Both the position numbers and the translations under genes were made by a program. A model generated the notes under the pieces. The model searched no databases. It saw only the letters and a program-made list of their open reading frames with translations, and was not told where the DNA came from. A stretch of DNA of 64,000 nt from Felis catus (Eukaryota), in contig NC_058368.1 in NCBI RefSeq assembly GCF_018350175.1, positions 239,260,001-239,324,000 of the forward strand, in the 5' to 3' direction. Within the stretch, counting starts at the first letter, position 1. Every line of letters starts with the position of its first letter. Shown here piece after piece: positions 34,095 through 47,155 of the stretch.

Positions 34095-34725
34095 GGGGTG
34101 CCTGGGAGGCTCAGTTGGTTGAGTGTCTGACTATTGACTTTGGTTAGGTCATTATCCCAAGGTTGTGGGATTGAGCCCCGCATCGGGCTCAATGCTGAGC
34201 ATGGAGCTTAAGATCCCCTCTGCCTCCCTTCTCACCCTGCTCGTACAGTTTTTCTCTAAAACAAAACAAAAACAAAAAAGGGGACACCTGGGTGGCTCAG
34301 TTGGTTAAATGTTGACTGCAACTCAGGTCATGATCTCCTGGTTTGTGGGTTCGAGCCTCACGTCGGGCTCTGTGCTGACAGCTCAGAGCCTGGGGCCTGC
34401 TTCGGATTCTTGTCTGTCTCTCTCTCTCTGCCCTTCCCCCACTTGTGCTCTGTCTCTCTCAAAAATAAACATTAAATTTTTTTTAAGTTTAAAAAAATGC
34501 TCTTTCCCCACTGTGATGATGGTAAGCTTTAGTTATTTTTTTAAAGTTTATTTATTTATTTTGAGGGGGGGTGGGCAGAGAGAGAGGGAGAGAGAGAATC
34601 CCAAGCAGGCTCCATGCTGTCAGCACAGAGCCCGACACGGGGCTTGATCTCACAAGCCATGAGATCATGACCTGAGCTGAAATCAAGAGTTGGACGCTTA
34701 ACTGACTGAGCCACCCAGGCGCCCC
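34095..34725. mobile_element. Cluster of three CanSINEs: 34095-34279 (+), 34280-34497 (+), 34535-34725 (-)
   Basis: Three tRNA-derived heads with CT-rich linkers and A-rich tails. Confidence 0.9.
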
Positions 34726-37429
34726 TAAACTTTAGATCTAAATAGGACAAAACAATAGGCTAGGGCGAGGCGATGTATCTATTCCCAAAGTTTCTGTTCC
34801 TTGGCAAGCTTCTCCAGCCCCACCTTCCAGGATCACTAATATTCTACCTCAGCCGTATGTGTGGGTGCTGGTCTGAGACAGCATGCTCACTCCGGCCCGC
34901 TCACACAAAGCTGGTCGAACTGCACCTCACAGCAAAGCCATGTCCTGGCCAAAAGGGCGAGTGTGCCCCACAGTCAGGGTGTGTTCAATTTCGGCGTGGC
35001 TGCTAAAGAATACTTCTGAAGGGGGTGCTTCTCGGGGAAGCGAGTGTACTGAGGCCAGAGTAGAGAGTGGTGTTCCGGCATCAAAGCCGGATTCAGGAAA
35101 GACAAGCTGGGAGAACACCCCCATCTCAGCGCCCCCCTCAGCCTGCCAGCTTAGCGCCCAGGCCTCCTCTGCTGCAGAAACCACGTTGCCTCCTGGTGGC
35201 TGGAGCACTGGAGTCTGCGTCTCTGGGAGCGGTCCCGGCAGTGCTGTCAGGAGCCGGGCAGGACGCCCACTTCCACTTCCGGTGTCCCTCCTGGTCCCCA
35301 GTGGCCTCCCTCTTCTGACACCCCCACCCCGCTCTCTCCTCATCCCTGAAGTCTCCCGTGGTGCCTGCATCTGCGTCTCAAAGTCTGCTTCTGGCCTCAG
35401 GGGCAGGGCCAGGTCTTGCCGCCACCACACAGGCTTGCTCAGCGTGGGAACTTACCCCTGCAGGCTCCAGACCACACGCTCTCCTCCACCCATCTCATCC
35501 ACTTGGCGGCTTTGCTGAAGGGGAGGCCGCTGAGGGGACGAGCCAGCCCTTCCCTGGGGGCTGCTTCCTGGGTTCGAGGACTGCTGGGTCCTCCACCGGC
35601 TGGGAGGGACCCACTGACTCGTTCCCGTGTAAACACCACTTCGGGATTAGAAGGGGGGGAATGCCCCCAGACCACCCAGCGTGAACCCCCACACAAAACT
35701 TGCTTCTCTCTCTGCCTGCCTCCTGTGGTAGATGGAGCTGGCTGGCTTCACTGCTCCGCCCCCTGCCTCACGCTCGTGCACAGGCAGCCTGCAGCCGCCC
35801 CCAGCCTGGCTCCCCTGGGGCCCCTGGCAATGTGCGGACCTGCCCTAGACACCCTGGGTCTGCATTTCTGCGGACTGTGTTCCTGCGCCACCCTGGCCTC
35901 TCCATCTGCAGCACGCTGGGTAAGTGTGGCCTTCGTGCCAGGGGCACAGGCTGCCCACATGGAGTCTTCAGTCCCCACTCCTGCCTCCTGCTCAGAAAGT
36001 GACCAGCTGCTCTGGGGCTTTGTGTATGTTCTTCCTTCTGCTCAGAATGTCCTTCCCTTCTTGTCTGCAGACACTCGCCATGCTCAAGGACACAGACATG
36101 TCGGGAAGTCCCCACCCCCGGCTGAGGCTGCAGCTCCCTCCCAGCACTGTGGGCTTGTCTTATGTCGGGAGACACGACAGTTTGGGTTCGTTCACATGAG
36201 TGTCTCCTAGAGGGTAAGACCCATATCCTGTCCTCTTTTGTATTCCCAAGTAAGTGGTAGATGGATGGACGGATGGATGGATTCCTCCATTGCACAGGAC
36301 GTTAGCTGGATGATAGCCAAGATCCACTCTAATTTTAAGATTCTGTGTATCTAAGAGTTTGATGGAAGTCTATCCACAAGGCACGCTCACCCTATAACTC
36401 AGCTGCAGTAGCAGTTGACCACACACTGCTGGGCACTCTTCCTAGTAATGAGTGCTGACACCTCGGGTACTTCATTCTGACCGCCGAAGGCTCGTGTCAT
36501 ATCCCACAAGGTGCAACAGGCAATCAGGATGCTAACCAAGTTACAATGCTTGTGGAGAAATAATCAGCCAAGCCATGAGGCTCCAGACTGAATTACGCTA
36601 AGTGCTTTAGATAATTTAGGTTTTCCTTGACATAGGCTTTCCCCCGGAGCTTCACGAGCTGGTGAACATATCTGCTCTGGGAGGGGAGTGGGGTCATCTG
36701 AATTTTCTGTGGAAAAGTCACAGGGCTGCAGAACCAAGGTCAAGTCTTGGCCCTGCCAATCCCTACTGGTACCCTAGCCCCTATTGTTGGTGTTTCATTA
36801 CAGAAGGGAGAGAACAGCACTCGGCCTTACAGGTAAACCAGGCTGAGCATACAGAATGGTACACACCTCAAAAAGCACAGGAGGCTTTCGTCCTTGTCAA
36901 TTAGGATTGCTTTCCAGTGTGGCCCCAAGTCAATTCTTGACCCTCCCTTAAAAGAAAGCTTTTGGCAAATACAAAATGCCATTAACTTAGAGTTTTGGTG
37001 TTTACCTGAGGTTCACTAAGTATAAGCTAATGTGAGGGTGAATCTGTATTTTTTTTTTCAGGGTATTTTTTTTGTATTTTGAAATCTGTGCTGAAAGTTA
37101 AGTTTGAAATCCCAGGCTCATCCGAGGGCGGTAAAACCAGTGCTCTCAGATAACGGGGAACCTTGCTCTGGGAAAGGGGGGGTCAGGGAGCACACTTTCT
37201 TTTCCTGCCTAATTGTTCCCGCACTGATTCTACCTATGCTATTTCAGAAGAAATTTCAATATAAAGTTGAGGCAGCACAAAGAGCAAAGATCACATGTGA
37301 TGAGGCTTCATGCAACATGTTTCCCACATGAGCTCACATCATGTGATATGCATTCTGTCACTGGCACTTAGTGAGACTGCATCGTGGGATGGGTCACGAA
37401 AATGATGCTCTGGACTCTACGTACTTTAC

Positions 37430-37580
37430 ACAGATGATTTCTAATCCCTCTGTGCACCTTTGAGACAACTAGTACCATCCCCGGTTATGCGGAGGAAACA
37501 GGCTTATGGAGTTGCACCATCCGCCCTAGCCAGTAAGGGCACAGCTGGGATTTGGAGCCGGGCTATCTGACCTTAGAACC
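37430..37580 (-). mobile_element. MIR remnant
   Basis: accatccccggttatgcggaggaaacagg...gctgggatttggagccgggctatctgac resembles the MIR core. Confidence 0.5.
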
Positions 37581-38398
37581 AAGCTCGAGGGCTGGGCAAT
37601 GCCGCCTCCTCCACAGGCTGCCTCCACCCAGCACCTAGCGGACTCTTGGTCTGGGCGCCATAAGGGCCATCCAAACCATGCCTGCATCTGATGGGGTCAA
37701 GTACTACAAAAGAACACGCTTCAGCCACCCTTGACTCCCGCTCTCCCGTCTCTGTCCTTGGTCCGTAAGAGATCTGAAGCCATGCTCCAGAGAACTTCAC
37801 CTATGCAGACCTGTTCCACACGTTGTTGTCACGCAGGATCTAGGAGGTGTGGTTTCCCAGAATTTTGTGCCAGGGAGGTCATGTCTGTCTCGAGGAGCTT
37901 GTACTTGCTTCCTGGCATGTGGCATTGCCAAGCTGAACATAAGGCTCAGTTAGAATGCATCGGTCCTTCCTGCCTCTGGGAACCAGGTACTACTCATTGG
38001 TATGATTTCTTCACCTACTTATTCTAAATATTCTGTTTGTATCAGTTCAGGTCTTTATCCCAAAAGACATGGAGTGTAAAACATAATGCTTAGAGCAAGT
38101 ACTGAACACTGCAGAGCAACACAGAATTCAGGGCTCGAGTGTGTGTCAGAGCCTTGATTCAGTGGGGAGAGGTCAGGGTGAGCAAGAGGAGAGGAACACA
38201 CGAGGGACAGCCGAGGACCTGGAAAAGAGGGGTGGGGGGACGGGAGGTGGGGCCAGTTGGCAGGAGCCCAAAGGGCAGGTGGGAGCTTGCTGCCCATGCC
38301 ACGAGGGGCCCTCGAGATTGCAGACAGAGACCCCTGCATGAAGCTTGCGCTGCATTACCCCAAAGGTCTGAAAGGGGGGGAACCTGCCTCAGTCCCAC

Positions 38399-38522
38399 CT
38401 GGGGATGCCGTGGAGGTACCGCAACAGGCGGGTCAGCTCGGCGCTGGAGCTGTGTCTGCTGGACCAGAGCGGGCTCGTTGTGCAGACCTGTACCACTGCT
38501 CTCCCTTGGTGATCCCGGGTCC
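38399..38522 (-). CDS. PLEKHG4B: PLEKHG4B exon (GTRDHQGRAVVQVCTTSPLWSSRHSSSAELTRLLRYLHGIPR), start of Sec14-like region
   Basis: tctctgcAG|gg ... ag|gtggga; 124 nt, phase 1-2. Confidence 0.94.
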
Positions 38523-38707
38523 CTGCAGAGACAGAGGGCATCGTGAAAGGGGGAAGCTCCAGTGGGGACATGCATGGCCTCAAGCTTGGGAAATACCACG
38601 CTAGAGCCTGCACACTGTTGACGTATTGGCTTAGGTGTGAGATCTGCCAGGAGAGGAGGTCACCTGCGCAGGTGGCAGCCGTGCTCACCTAAAAGGGAGG
38701 TGGGCAT

Positions 38708-39040
38708 TGCTAAGGGCTGCATGTTTGTGTTCCCCCAAATCCTTATGGTGAAACCTAACCCCCGTGTGGCCTTTTGGAGTTGCTTACATTTTGAGAGTGG
38801 AGTCCCATGAATGGAATTTATGCCTTAAAAAAAGACCCCAGAGAGCTCCCTTGCCCCTTCCACGATGTGAGGACACAGTGAAAAAGGTGTTGAGTATGAA
38901 CCAGGAAGAGGGGCCCTCACTAGAACCTAACTGTGCTGGAATCTTGGACTATCAGCTGCCAGAATAGAGAAATATAGGTCTGTTGTCTACAAGGTATCCA
39001 GTCTGTGGTGTTTTGTTATAGCTGCCCAAACAGAGTCAGG
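38708..39040 (+). mobile_element. MLT1A-like MaLR solo LTR
   Basis: tgctaagggctgcatgtttgtgttcccccaaat...aagaccccagagagctcccttgcccctt...tgtgaggacacag...tgtggtgttttgttatagc. Confidence 0.8.
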
Positions 39041-39053
39041 TGGCCATGCTTAC

Positions 39054-39245
39054 CTGGGAGGACGACGACCCCGGACTGCAGGAGCTCCTGGCTGACCTCC
39101 AGCACATTCCTGGGTACCTGCTTGGGCAGGTCTCCTGTGCTGGGCGGCTGTCCTTCTCCCTCTGGGCACAACGGCTCAACAAGCACATCTGAAATCCAGC
39201 CAGGAGCACGAGCCCGGAAAGCGTTGCTGTTGGTGTTAACACTGG
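39054..39245 (-). CDS. PLEKHG4B: PLEKHG4B exon (ASVNTNSNAF...VPRNVLEVSQELLQSGVVVLP)
   Basis: ctttctgttgtccAG|cc ... g|gtaagc; 192 nt, phase 1-1. Confidence 0.88.
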
Positions 39246-39508
39246 CTGGACAACAGAAAGACACCCAAAGATGAATTGTTTCTCTGGTTTGAAGGCAGCT
39301 GCTCAACTTGCCACAAACACAAGGAGAGAGTCACGTGTGAAAGTAGTGGGTCTAATGGGAACTTGTTCCATTTTTGGTGGGAAACGTCAGCATGCCATAC
39401 CTTACAGGACAGGTGCATTCTAGAAAAGTAGGGCATGAACAAATATGTAAAAACTGATTATTCTAGTTGCATCAAGAGTGCTCAGTACCTAAACACACTT
39501 CAGGGGAA

Positions 39509-39531
39509 TTTTTTTTAGGTTTATTTATCTA

Positions 39532-39571
<40 letters not shown>

Positions 39572-39582
39572 GCGGGGGGGGG

Positions 39583-39616
<34 letters not shown>

Positions 39617-39632
39617 CAGCGGGGGGGGGGGG

Positions 39633-39684
<52 letters not shown>

Positions 39685-39810
39685 CCAAAGCAGGTTCTGC
39701 ACTGTCAGTGCAGAGTCCAATGTGGAGACTGAACTCACAAACCATAAGAACATGACCTGAGCTGAAATCAAGGCCTGGATGCTTAACCAACCGAGCCACA
39801 CAGGTACTCC
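39509..39810 (-). mobile_element. CanSINE with an expanded, compound (GA)n and poly-G linker
   Basis: (GA)n blocks interrupted twice by g(t/c)agcggggggggggggg at 39538-39681. Confidence 0.88.
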
Positions 39811-40402
39811 AGGGAGAAAACTGTTATATTGAATAATGTCATCCTACTTTATTTTCTCATACAGATTTCCCAAAGAATATCATCAAAATATACCCACAGA
39901 GGGTGACAGCACCCTGAGGGCAGGCATCATCATATTGGGGGTGCCTCCCCCTCCTGCATCACCCCAGAGAGGGGGGACCTGGCTCTCCTGTATCACCCTA
40001 GAGGGAAGGGCTCATGTTCGTACATCAGTCTGGAGGAGATGGCAGTGGCCATGGCTTTTGGGCTTGCTCCTCAGCCCTGTTTCCACACCGCACTTCACAG
40101 GAGATGAGCCATAACACAGACAAACAGATTCAACACCCCAGCCTTGCAATCCTCCAGGGTCTGTGTTGCCCCAGTGGGGGAAGGATGGTCTTGGCCAGAG
40201 CTGGTTGGCACCTAAGACCCTGTGGGGCACCCTGAACCAATCCAGGCTTTGCTTTCCTGTCCCTCAGCTTCTTCCGTAACTTGTTTCAGTGCTAGTGTCT
40301 CACAACTCTGTGAAGAGTGTTCTCATTATAGTTGGACCAGAAAAGTCGACAGCATTCTCTCCCTCTATATATTTAACACACACACACAAATATATATATT
40401 TA

Positions 40403-40404
<2 letters not shown>

Positions 40405-40448
<44 letters not shown>
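40405..40448. repeat. (TA)n microsatellite
   Basis: About 22 TA units. Confidence 0.95.
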
Positions 40449-40451
<3 letters not shown>

Positions 40452-40467
40452 AAACAACTTTATTGAG

Positions 40468-40680
40468 GGGCGCCTGGGTGGCTCAGTCAGTTAAGCGTCC
40501 GAATTCAGCTCAGGTCATGATCTAGCAGTCTGTGAGTTCAGGCCCTGCGTCAGGCTCTGTGCTGACAGCTCAGAGCCTGGAACTTGCCTTGGATTCTGTG
40601 TCTTCCTCTCTCTCTGCCCCTTCCCCACTCACGCTCTGTCTCTGAAAAATGAATAAACCTTAAAAAAATAAAAAAAAAAT
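40468..40680 (+). mobile_element. CanSINE inserted at the end of an antisense L1 3' end (L1 continues to about 41050)
   Basis: Exact TSD aaaacaactttattgag at 40451-40467 and 40681-40697. Confidence 0.92.
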
Positions 40681-41393
40681 AAAACAACTTTATTGAGCTA
40701 TATTTTACATATAATAAAACTCACTCTTTTCAAGTATATAATTAAGATTTTTAGCAATTTTACCAAGTGGTGCAACCATCACCACAGGTCGGTTTTAGAA
40801 CATTTCCATCCCTCCAGAAAGACCCCTCGTGCCCATGTATTGTGAATCCCTACTCCCACTCCTCACAGCCACCTGTCTACAGTCCTGACCATTTGTACAA
40901 ATGGAATGAGACACTACAGGGTGTCTTGTGTCTATCTTCTTTCACTCAGCACAACTACTTTTGCTGATGTCGCCTGTGTCACTCCTTCCATGGGTCTCAT
41001 CCCATTGTGTGGTGGACCACATTTTGTCTGTCCCTTTACCAGTTGATTGATTACAGTATCCTTGAGACTGAATTTTTTCATGTATGTCCAAATATTTTCT
41101 AGAATACATCGCTACTTGTAAAATCTTTGGGTGCCCAAGTGTTTTAATGTTTTAATTCTGCACCGAGCCCAAGCTCTCTCACATGGACAGGGAAGCAGAT
41201 AACACCTTCATGTGGCACTTTTCTTACTAGACAGCTTCCTAGTTGAGTAGGTCATTCATGTGGGCTTTTCTTGAATTCAGCTTGCAGACTGTGGGAGAGT
41301 GAGAGGAGGGGTCTGAGGTCCTGGGGCTACAATATTAAAATGGCCAGGAATAAAAGCAGTACCCTTATGTGGCTAATCAAGAAACAGCTCTCC

Positions 41394-41619
41394 GGGGCGC
41401 CTGGGTGGCTCAGTCGGTTAAGTGTGCGACTTCAGCTCAGGTCACGATCTCGCGGTCCGCGAGTTCGACCCCCGCGTCGGGCTCTGGGCTGATGGCTCAG
41501 AGCCTGGAGCCTGCTTCCGATTCTGTGCCTCCCTCTCTCTCTGCCCCTCCCCCGTTCATGCTCTGTCTCTCTCTGTCTCAAAAATAAATAAACGTTAAAA
41601 AAAAATTAAAAAAAAAAAA
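41394..41619 (+). mobile_element. SINEC_Fc-type element
   Basis: Near-consensus; TSD aagaaa(c/t)agctctcc. Confidence 0.93.
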
Positions 41620-41677
41620 GAAATAGCTCTCCCCACCTCACCTCACAAGAAATAGCTGCTCAGTTACCACTGGTTGA

Positions 41678-41795
41678 AGAGGAGAACCAGATAGAACAGG
41701 AGGAGCAGCTGGAACAGAGGAGGAACAGCTAGGACAGGAGGAGTAGCTGGAACAGAGGAGAACCAGATAGAAGAGAAGCAGCTGGAACTGAGGAA
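41678..41795. repeat. Purine-rich degenerate tandem repeat, about 17-20 bp unit (gaggagcagctggaaca)
   Basis: About 6 imperfect copies. Confidence 0.7.
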
Positions 41796-43297
41796 GAAAC
41801 TGCTTGCACCGTGGAAGAATGAGTGTTCTGTCACTTGTTCAATTTACGTGCTAGCTGGCGGTTCTAGCTGAGGCATTTTCCTGTGTTGATGAAGACATGA
41901 GGCCTAGGACCACACCACCAACTGTGCATTCCAGGGACAAATGTGTGTCCAGGCAGCAAGGATGGAGGGGAACGGCTGGATCAACGAGCCACTGGCTGCT
42001 TGCTGGGTGACCGATTGTTGAGGCTCCTCTGCCTGGACCTCTGGTGTCACAGCCCAGTGCTTCCTGGGTGTAAGCAGCATCCTCTTACCACAGGGTCTTT
42101 CTTCTTCCTTCCCTGCACCATCAGCAAGAGGAGACAGGAGGAGGAAGAGGGGAAGAGTGCTCTCCCAGGAAGTGAACGCCCAACTTCAGGCGAGGGAGAC
42201 AAGACTTCTCTCCCCACCAGCCCTCAGCGCAAACTAGTGTATAATCTCTGGAGCTGAGGAGGCAAAGCCCCCTGGGGCCCAGGAGCAATGACCGCTTGGG
42301 AGCATCATGCCTCTGATGACGAGACTCATGTTTGCAGACATGCTCCTGGACACCCAGGGGGCCAGCAGGCTAAACATGCTTCCACTCGGCAACACTGATT
42401 TGTGTGAACTAAACCCGCCACCTCCATGACCGCCAGCTATCCTGACTGTGGTCAAGCGTCTGTGCCCCATGTGCCCCTCTGTCCGAGACGCTGTGCCTGA
42501 ATGTCCACAGTAGCATTTGCACAGCCAGAATTTCTGTGCAGAGGAACATTTACTTAATTACACTTTAGAGTGACTCGTGAGGACAGAGGCTATCCTCGCT
42601 GAGATGAGCTACAAACATGAGTTTTCACTGAGTCATCCAGCATGTGTGTGACTGTGCATTTTCTACCCTATACCAACAAGAAAAGTTAGGCCCTGGAAAC
42701 AATGTCCAGGGAGTTCTTGCTTTGTTGAAATTTTAATTGAACTGCAAGGAGGTGGAATGTTCTTTAAAAAGGCTACCCCTAAGCCAGTAGTTTTATTATA
42801 ACATCTTTCGCAGTAAGTCTGTGTGTGCTCTATGCTGTGGGAATCCTGTCAGAATTTCAGGCATGAGCAGAAACCCTGAATTCAGAAGTGACAGGCCCAC
42901 CCAGAGGCATGGGCAACTCCCTCCTTGGGCCAAGTGGGCAGGCCAGGTGTTGCCCAGGTGGGGAAGCCACAGTTTCTTCACTGTGTGGGATGCCGGGCTA
43001 ACCCTGCCTTCTTCACTTCCTCCAAAGTTGTTGCTTTTGTCCTTCACAGAACATTTCTTTGTTCGAAAAACGGGAAATAACTGACTTAAGAAATATGTCG
43101 TCATTTTTTTTGTTGTTCTTGATGCCCTGCAAACGCTCCTTTAAATAATGTCTTCCCTCCAGAGCATTATGGGAGACAATCCCAGTACTTAGGGTTGTAC
43201 TTCAGCACATTTGCGGGCCTTTGAGGTGTGCGTAACTTAGGAGCTTGTACTATGAGCGTAGCACCCAACTTACCCACAGGAAAAGGGTATTAATGCA

Positions 43298-43656
43298 ATG
43301 TGATAGGGTGATCAGTGACCCCAAAAGGATGTGTCTACTCCCAGAACCTGTGAACGTCACCTTACTTGGAAAAGGTCTTTGTAGATATGAATAACTGAAG
43401 TGCTGGGTGGGCCCTGAATCCAAAGATAGGTGCCTTTTTAAGAGAAAGGAGGAGGTTTGAGGCACAGAGACATCGGGAGAAGATGGAGGGGTGGGGGAGC
43501 CCCCTATAGCTGGAAGGACCCTCCCCTAGAGCCTCTGGAGGGAGCACAGCCATGCCAATATCTTGATGTCAGACTTCTGGCCCCAGAACTGACAGGATAA
43601 ATGTCCTCAGCCCCACTGTCTGTGTTCCTTGTAGCAGCCACAGGGACAGGGCACAC
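43298..43656 (+). mobile_element. MLT1B/C-like MaLR solo LTR
   Basis: tcccagaacctgtgaacgtcaccttacttggaaaaggtctttgtagat...ccctagagcctctggagggagcacagcc...gacttctggccccagaactg. Confidence 0.8.
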
Positions 43657-43828
43657 ACAAACATTGTTTTCAACAGTCGATATGGATGTGGACACAGGCT
43701 TCTCCTGTGTCACTGACCAGAGAAAAGTTACAGCATGGAGTGGGAGAAGGGAAGAGGGGAAGGGGTGGGGGAGGGATGTGGCAGGTGGGTTAGGGAGGAG
43801 CAGGAAGGGTCAGGGTTGGGGCCGTTAC

Positions 43829-45005
43829 CTGGACTCTCCCCTGTGGTGCAGGAGGGGCCGCTGGAGCCTGCACTTCTGGTCCCCTCGGCTTGTCCTCCTA
43901 AAAGACCTCCAGGCCTGGTGCTGAGTGAGTGGTGGGAGGCCCGCCGGGCCTCACCTCGGGAGCTCCTGAAGGACCTGTCACAGGACCGAGACCGCCTGGG
44001 AAGGGTGCTCCTAGTGGCTCCTGGATGGCTTTCCTGACTTGAGATCTCCCCGTGGTCCCCCCAGAGGCTGGGGGTTTCCTTCTGGGTTCGGCTGGCTGCT
44101 GCCCCAGCCCCTATGGTCTCGGAGCTGCAGGCCTCATCCCCAAGGGACTCTTCGGAACTGGAGCCCAGGGGCATGGGGTTCCGCAGGGCCTCCATATAGG
44201 ACTTCCTAAACCAACGTCTGGCCTCCATGCAGGCTGGGTCCCTGGGTGACTGCCTTCTGGAGCTTGGGCTGCCCATGTCCTCACGGACAGTGAGGGCCTC
44301 CTGGGGACCGTCTCTTTTGTCTGTGGGGTCCAGGCTCTCTCCTGGTCCTTCCCACAAGCCTGGCTCTGAGGGCCCAACCCCTACAAGGCCTCCGTCAGAG
44401 CTCCAGAATGTGCTTCTAGGGTTTTCCCACCCAGCCCTTCCTGCGGAAGGCTGGTGGATGGGCTGGTCACTGCCGGGTTGCCCACCACAGTGGGGCAGGG
44501 TGGGGGTGTCACTGGGAGGGGTACTCTCATGGGGACGAGTGCTGGCCATGACTGGTGCTGGGGCCAGAGCTTTGGAGGCACTTCTAGGTGGTGGCTGCTC
44601 AGGCCTGGGGCAGCTGCGGTGGGGCAGGGCGGTCCTGAATGTTGGGACAAAGATGGGGTCTGTGACACTGCTCCACGGGGTGCGGAAGACGGCGGAGCCT
44701 GAGGTCAGCAAGCAGTTTTGCAAGGGGACACCATTCCGCTCCCCGTTCAGCTGTTCCAGGAACTCTCCTGTGAAGACGCAGCTGTACATGGCCTCAGGGA
44801 CAGTAACTTCTTCTGAGCCCCGTCCAAGCTGAGAGAGGCATTTTAAAACCAGTCTGGCTGACTGCTTCCCCACTGATGTGACCTGTAGATAGAAGTCCCC
44901 AGGCCTGAGCCTAACTCCGCGGAGGGATGCCAGCTGCACCACGACCTTCTCATGGATGCACAGTGGCCAGCCTTCATGGAAGAAGATGAGGCCTGTGTAC
45001 CTGGC
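43829..45005 (-). CDS. PLEKHG4B: PLEKHG4B large N-terminal exon (ARYTGLIFFHEGWPLCIHEKVVVQLASLRGVRLRPGDFYLQV...RKSYMEALRNPMPLGSS...); the upstream exons lie outside the window
   Basis: ctctcatcccAG|gcc ... g|gtaacg; 1177 nt, phase 0-1. The HEGWPLC.HE.VVVQLA...PGDFYLQV motif is shared by PLEKHG4B and ARHGEF40; adjacency to LRRC14B identifies PLEKHG4B. Confidence 0.93.
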
Positions 45006-45954
45006 CTGGGATGAGAGAGGGAGGGAAGGAGGTTAGACCTTCGTGGTAGCTCCTCGTGGGAGGCTGGGGGGAGGCGGGCAATAGGACAGGAGGGAGGAAG
45101 CCACTGGAGCAGCCACCCAGGCAGTCCTACCACAGGCAGCCTGGGGGCCCTGGGCCAAGTCTCTCCTAGGAGCCGTCTCCACCTGGGGAAGGGTCTGGAC
45201 CCTCACAAGCTCACCACACCAGCCCCTGGTCTAAGCTTCACAGCATTTCTGGCTCTCCTAGGTGCCCACAAGCAGCCCCCCGAGAGCAGGGCTACTTCTG
45301 GAATCACAGGGTCAGGGGCACAGTGAGGGGGTGCCAGGACCCACAGGGACACCAACAATATCGGCTGCAATCTCCCACCGAATACAGTGGGTCCTTCTAC
45401 TTATTTGAAGGAGTCCATGAAGTTTACAACACAGCTGTAGACTATGCAGGTGAGTTCCCAAGCACATCTTTGGAAAGAACTTGCTGTAGAAAAGGTTTCA
45501 ATGGCAGGACGGATAAGACACAGGCAAACACAGGCAGCGTCTGGCATGGGCAAGAGAGTGTTTGGCAGTTTGGGGAACAAGGGGTGGGACCCCCAATGTA
45601 TCAGTAGCTGCAGCTCACACCCTAACAGGGGAGCACACTCTTTGGTACCGGTTGTTACAATACACTTTGCTTCTCCCCACTCCAGCACTGACGTATTGCA
45701 CATACATTATTACAATAATCGAGAAGATGAAAAAGAAGTGATCTCATTCTGATATATCTTGAGGTTTTTTTACTTTTTTTTTTTTACCTTGTCCACGCAG
45801 GACACAACTTCTCTAAACTGCAGTAACAATGTACATATAACTTAATGTTCCAGTTTGTAGTCATCCTTAGCCAACATTTCTCCATGTTCCTCTTTCATAG
45901 TGGCCATGCTGGTGGTGACTTCCTGTCCTCTGTGGGAAATCTACAGGGCTTCTC

Positions 45955-46082
45955 TTCCTTCCTTATTTCTTTCCTTCCTTCCTTCCTTCTTTCCTTCCTT
46001 CCTTCCTTCCTTCCTTCCTTCCTTCCTTCCTTCCTCCCTCCCTCCCTCCCTCCCTCCCTCCCTCCCTTCCTTCCTTCCTTTC
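45955..46082. repeat. (TTCC)n/(CCCT)n microsatellite flanked by the direct repeat gtgggaaatctacagggctt
   Basis: Repeat tract between two copies of gtgggaaatctacagggctt (about 45932 and 46087). Confidence 0.9.
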
Positions 46083-46529
46083 CTCCGTGGGAAATCTACA
46101 GGGCTTTGCTTCTTTTCTTTCTTTCCTTTTCTCTTCTCTTTTCTTTTCTTTCTCTCTTTTTAGTAGGCTTCACACCCAGTGCAAAACCCAACACAGGGCC
46201 TGAACTCACAACTCTGAGATCAACACCTGAGCTGAGATCAAGAGTCAGACATTTAACCATCTGAGCCACCCAGGTGGTTATCTGTTTCTATTATAAATAA
46301 GAAATGCAAGCAACATTTCCATGATACCATTTCTTGTTCCTTTATTTTTTAATCTTTTTAAAATGTTTATTTATTTTTGAGAGAGAGACAGACAGAGCGC
46401 AAGCAGGGGAGGAGGGGAATGAGTGTCTTTCATGATTCTTGGCAGTATGACCAATTTGTCATCAAAAGACACATTGTCAGCAGTGATAAGTCACTTTACC
46501 AAGATTCAGTAGGACAAGGCTTTTAAAAA

Positions 46530-46555
46530 AATTATTTTAATGTTTTTTATTTACT

Positions 46556-46602
<47 letters not shown>

Positions 46603-46760
46603 GGGGAAGGGGCAGAGAGAGGGAGACACAGAGTCCAAAGCAGGCTCCAGGCTCTAAGCCGTCAGCACAGAGTCCGACACGGGGACCAAAGTCCTGAACC
46701 ACGAGATCATGACCCGAGCCAAAGTCAGATGCTTAACTGGCTGAGCCACCCAGGCTCCCC
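46530..46760 (-). mobile_element. CanSINE
   Basis: Antisense SINE with (GA)n; TSD-like aggacaag(g/c)cttt. Confidence 0.88.
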
Positions 46761-47155
46761 AGGACAAGCCTTTACATTGAGGAATCTTTTTCTAAACTAG
46801 TATACATACTGTGGAATATTGTTTTAATTTGTACTTATGTGATAGTCAAGCCAACACTGTTTTTGATATTTGTTTTTTCTGTAAATTTTCTGTATGTCTT
46901 TTTGTTCCTTTTATGAATTGTGGCCTTGTTTTTGCCTTCTTAGTTGCTGTCAGGTTTGTAAAAAAATTGACAATTTTTTTTCTACCCACCATTAGCAAAT
47001 GTTTGTGTTATGTGTCTATTAGGCACTCATATTTGTCCCAGTTTACTTGCTTTATAGTTATGTTTCTTTCCTCCCTATAGAGGCTTAAATTTTATACAAG
47101 TTGAATTTCTTGACTTTTTTGTGGTATCTTTTGTCACCTTAAAACTTAGAGTTTG

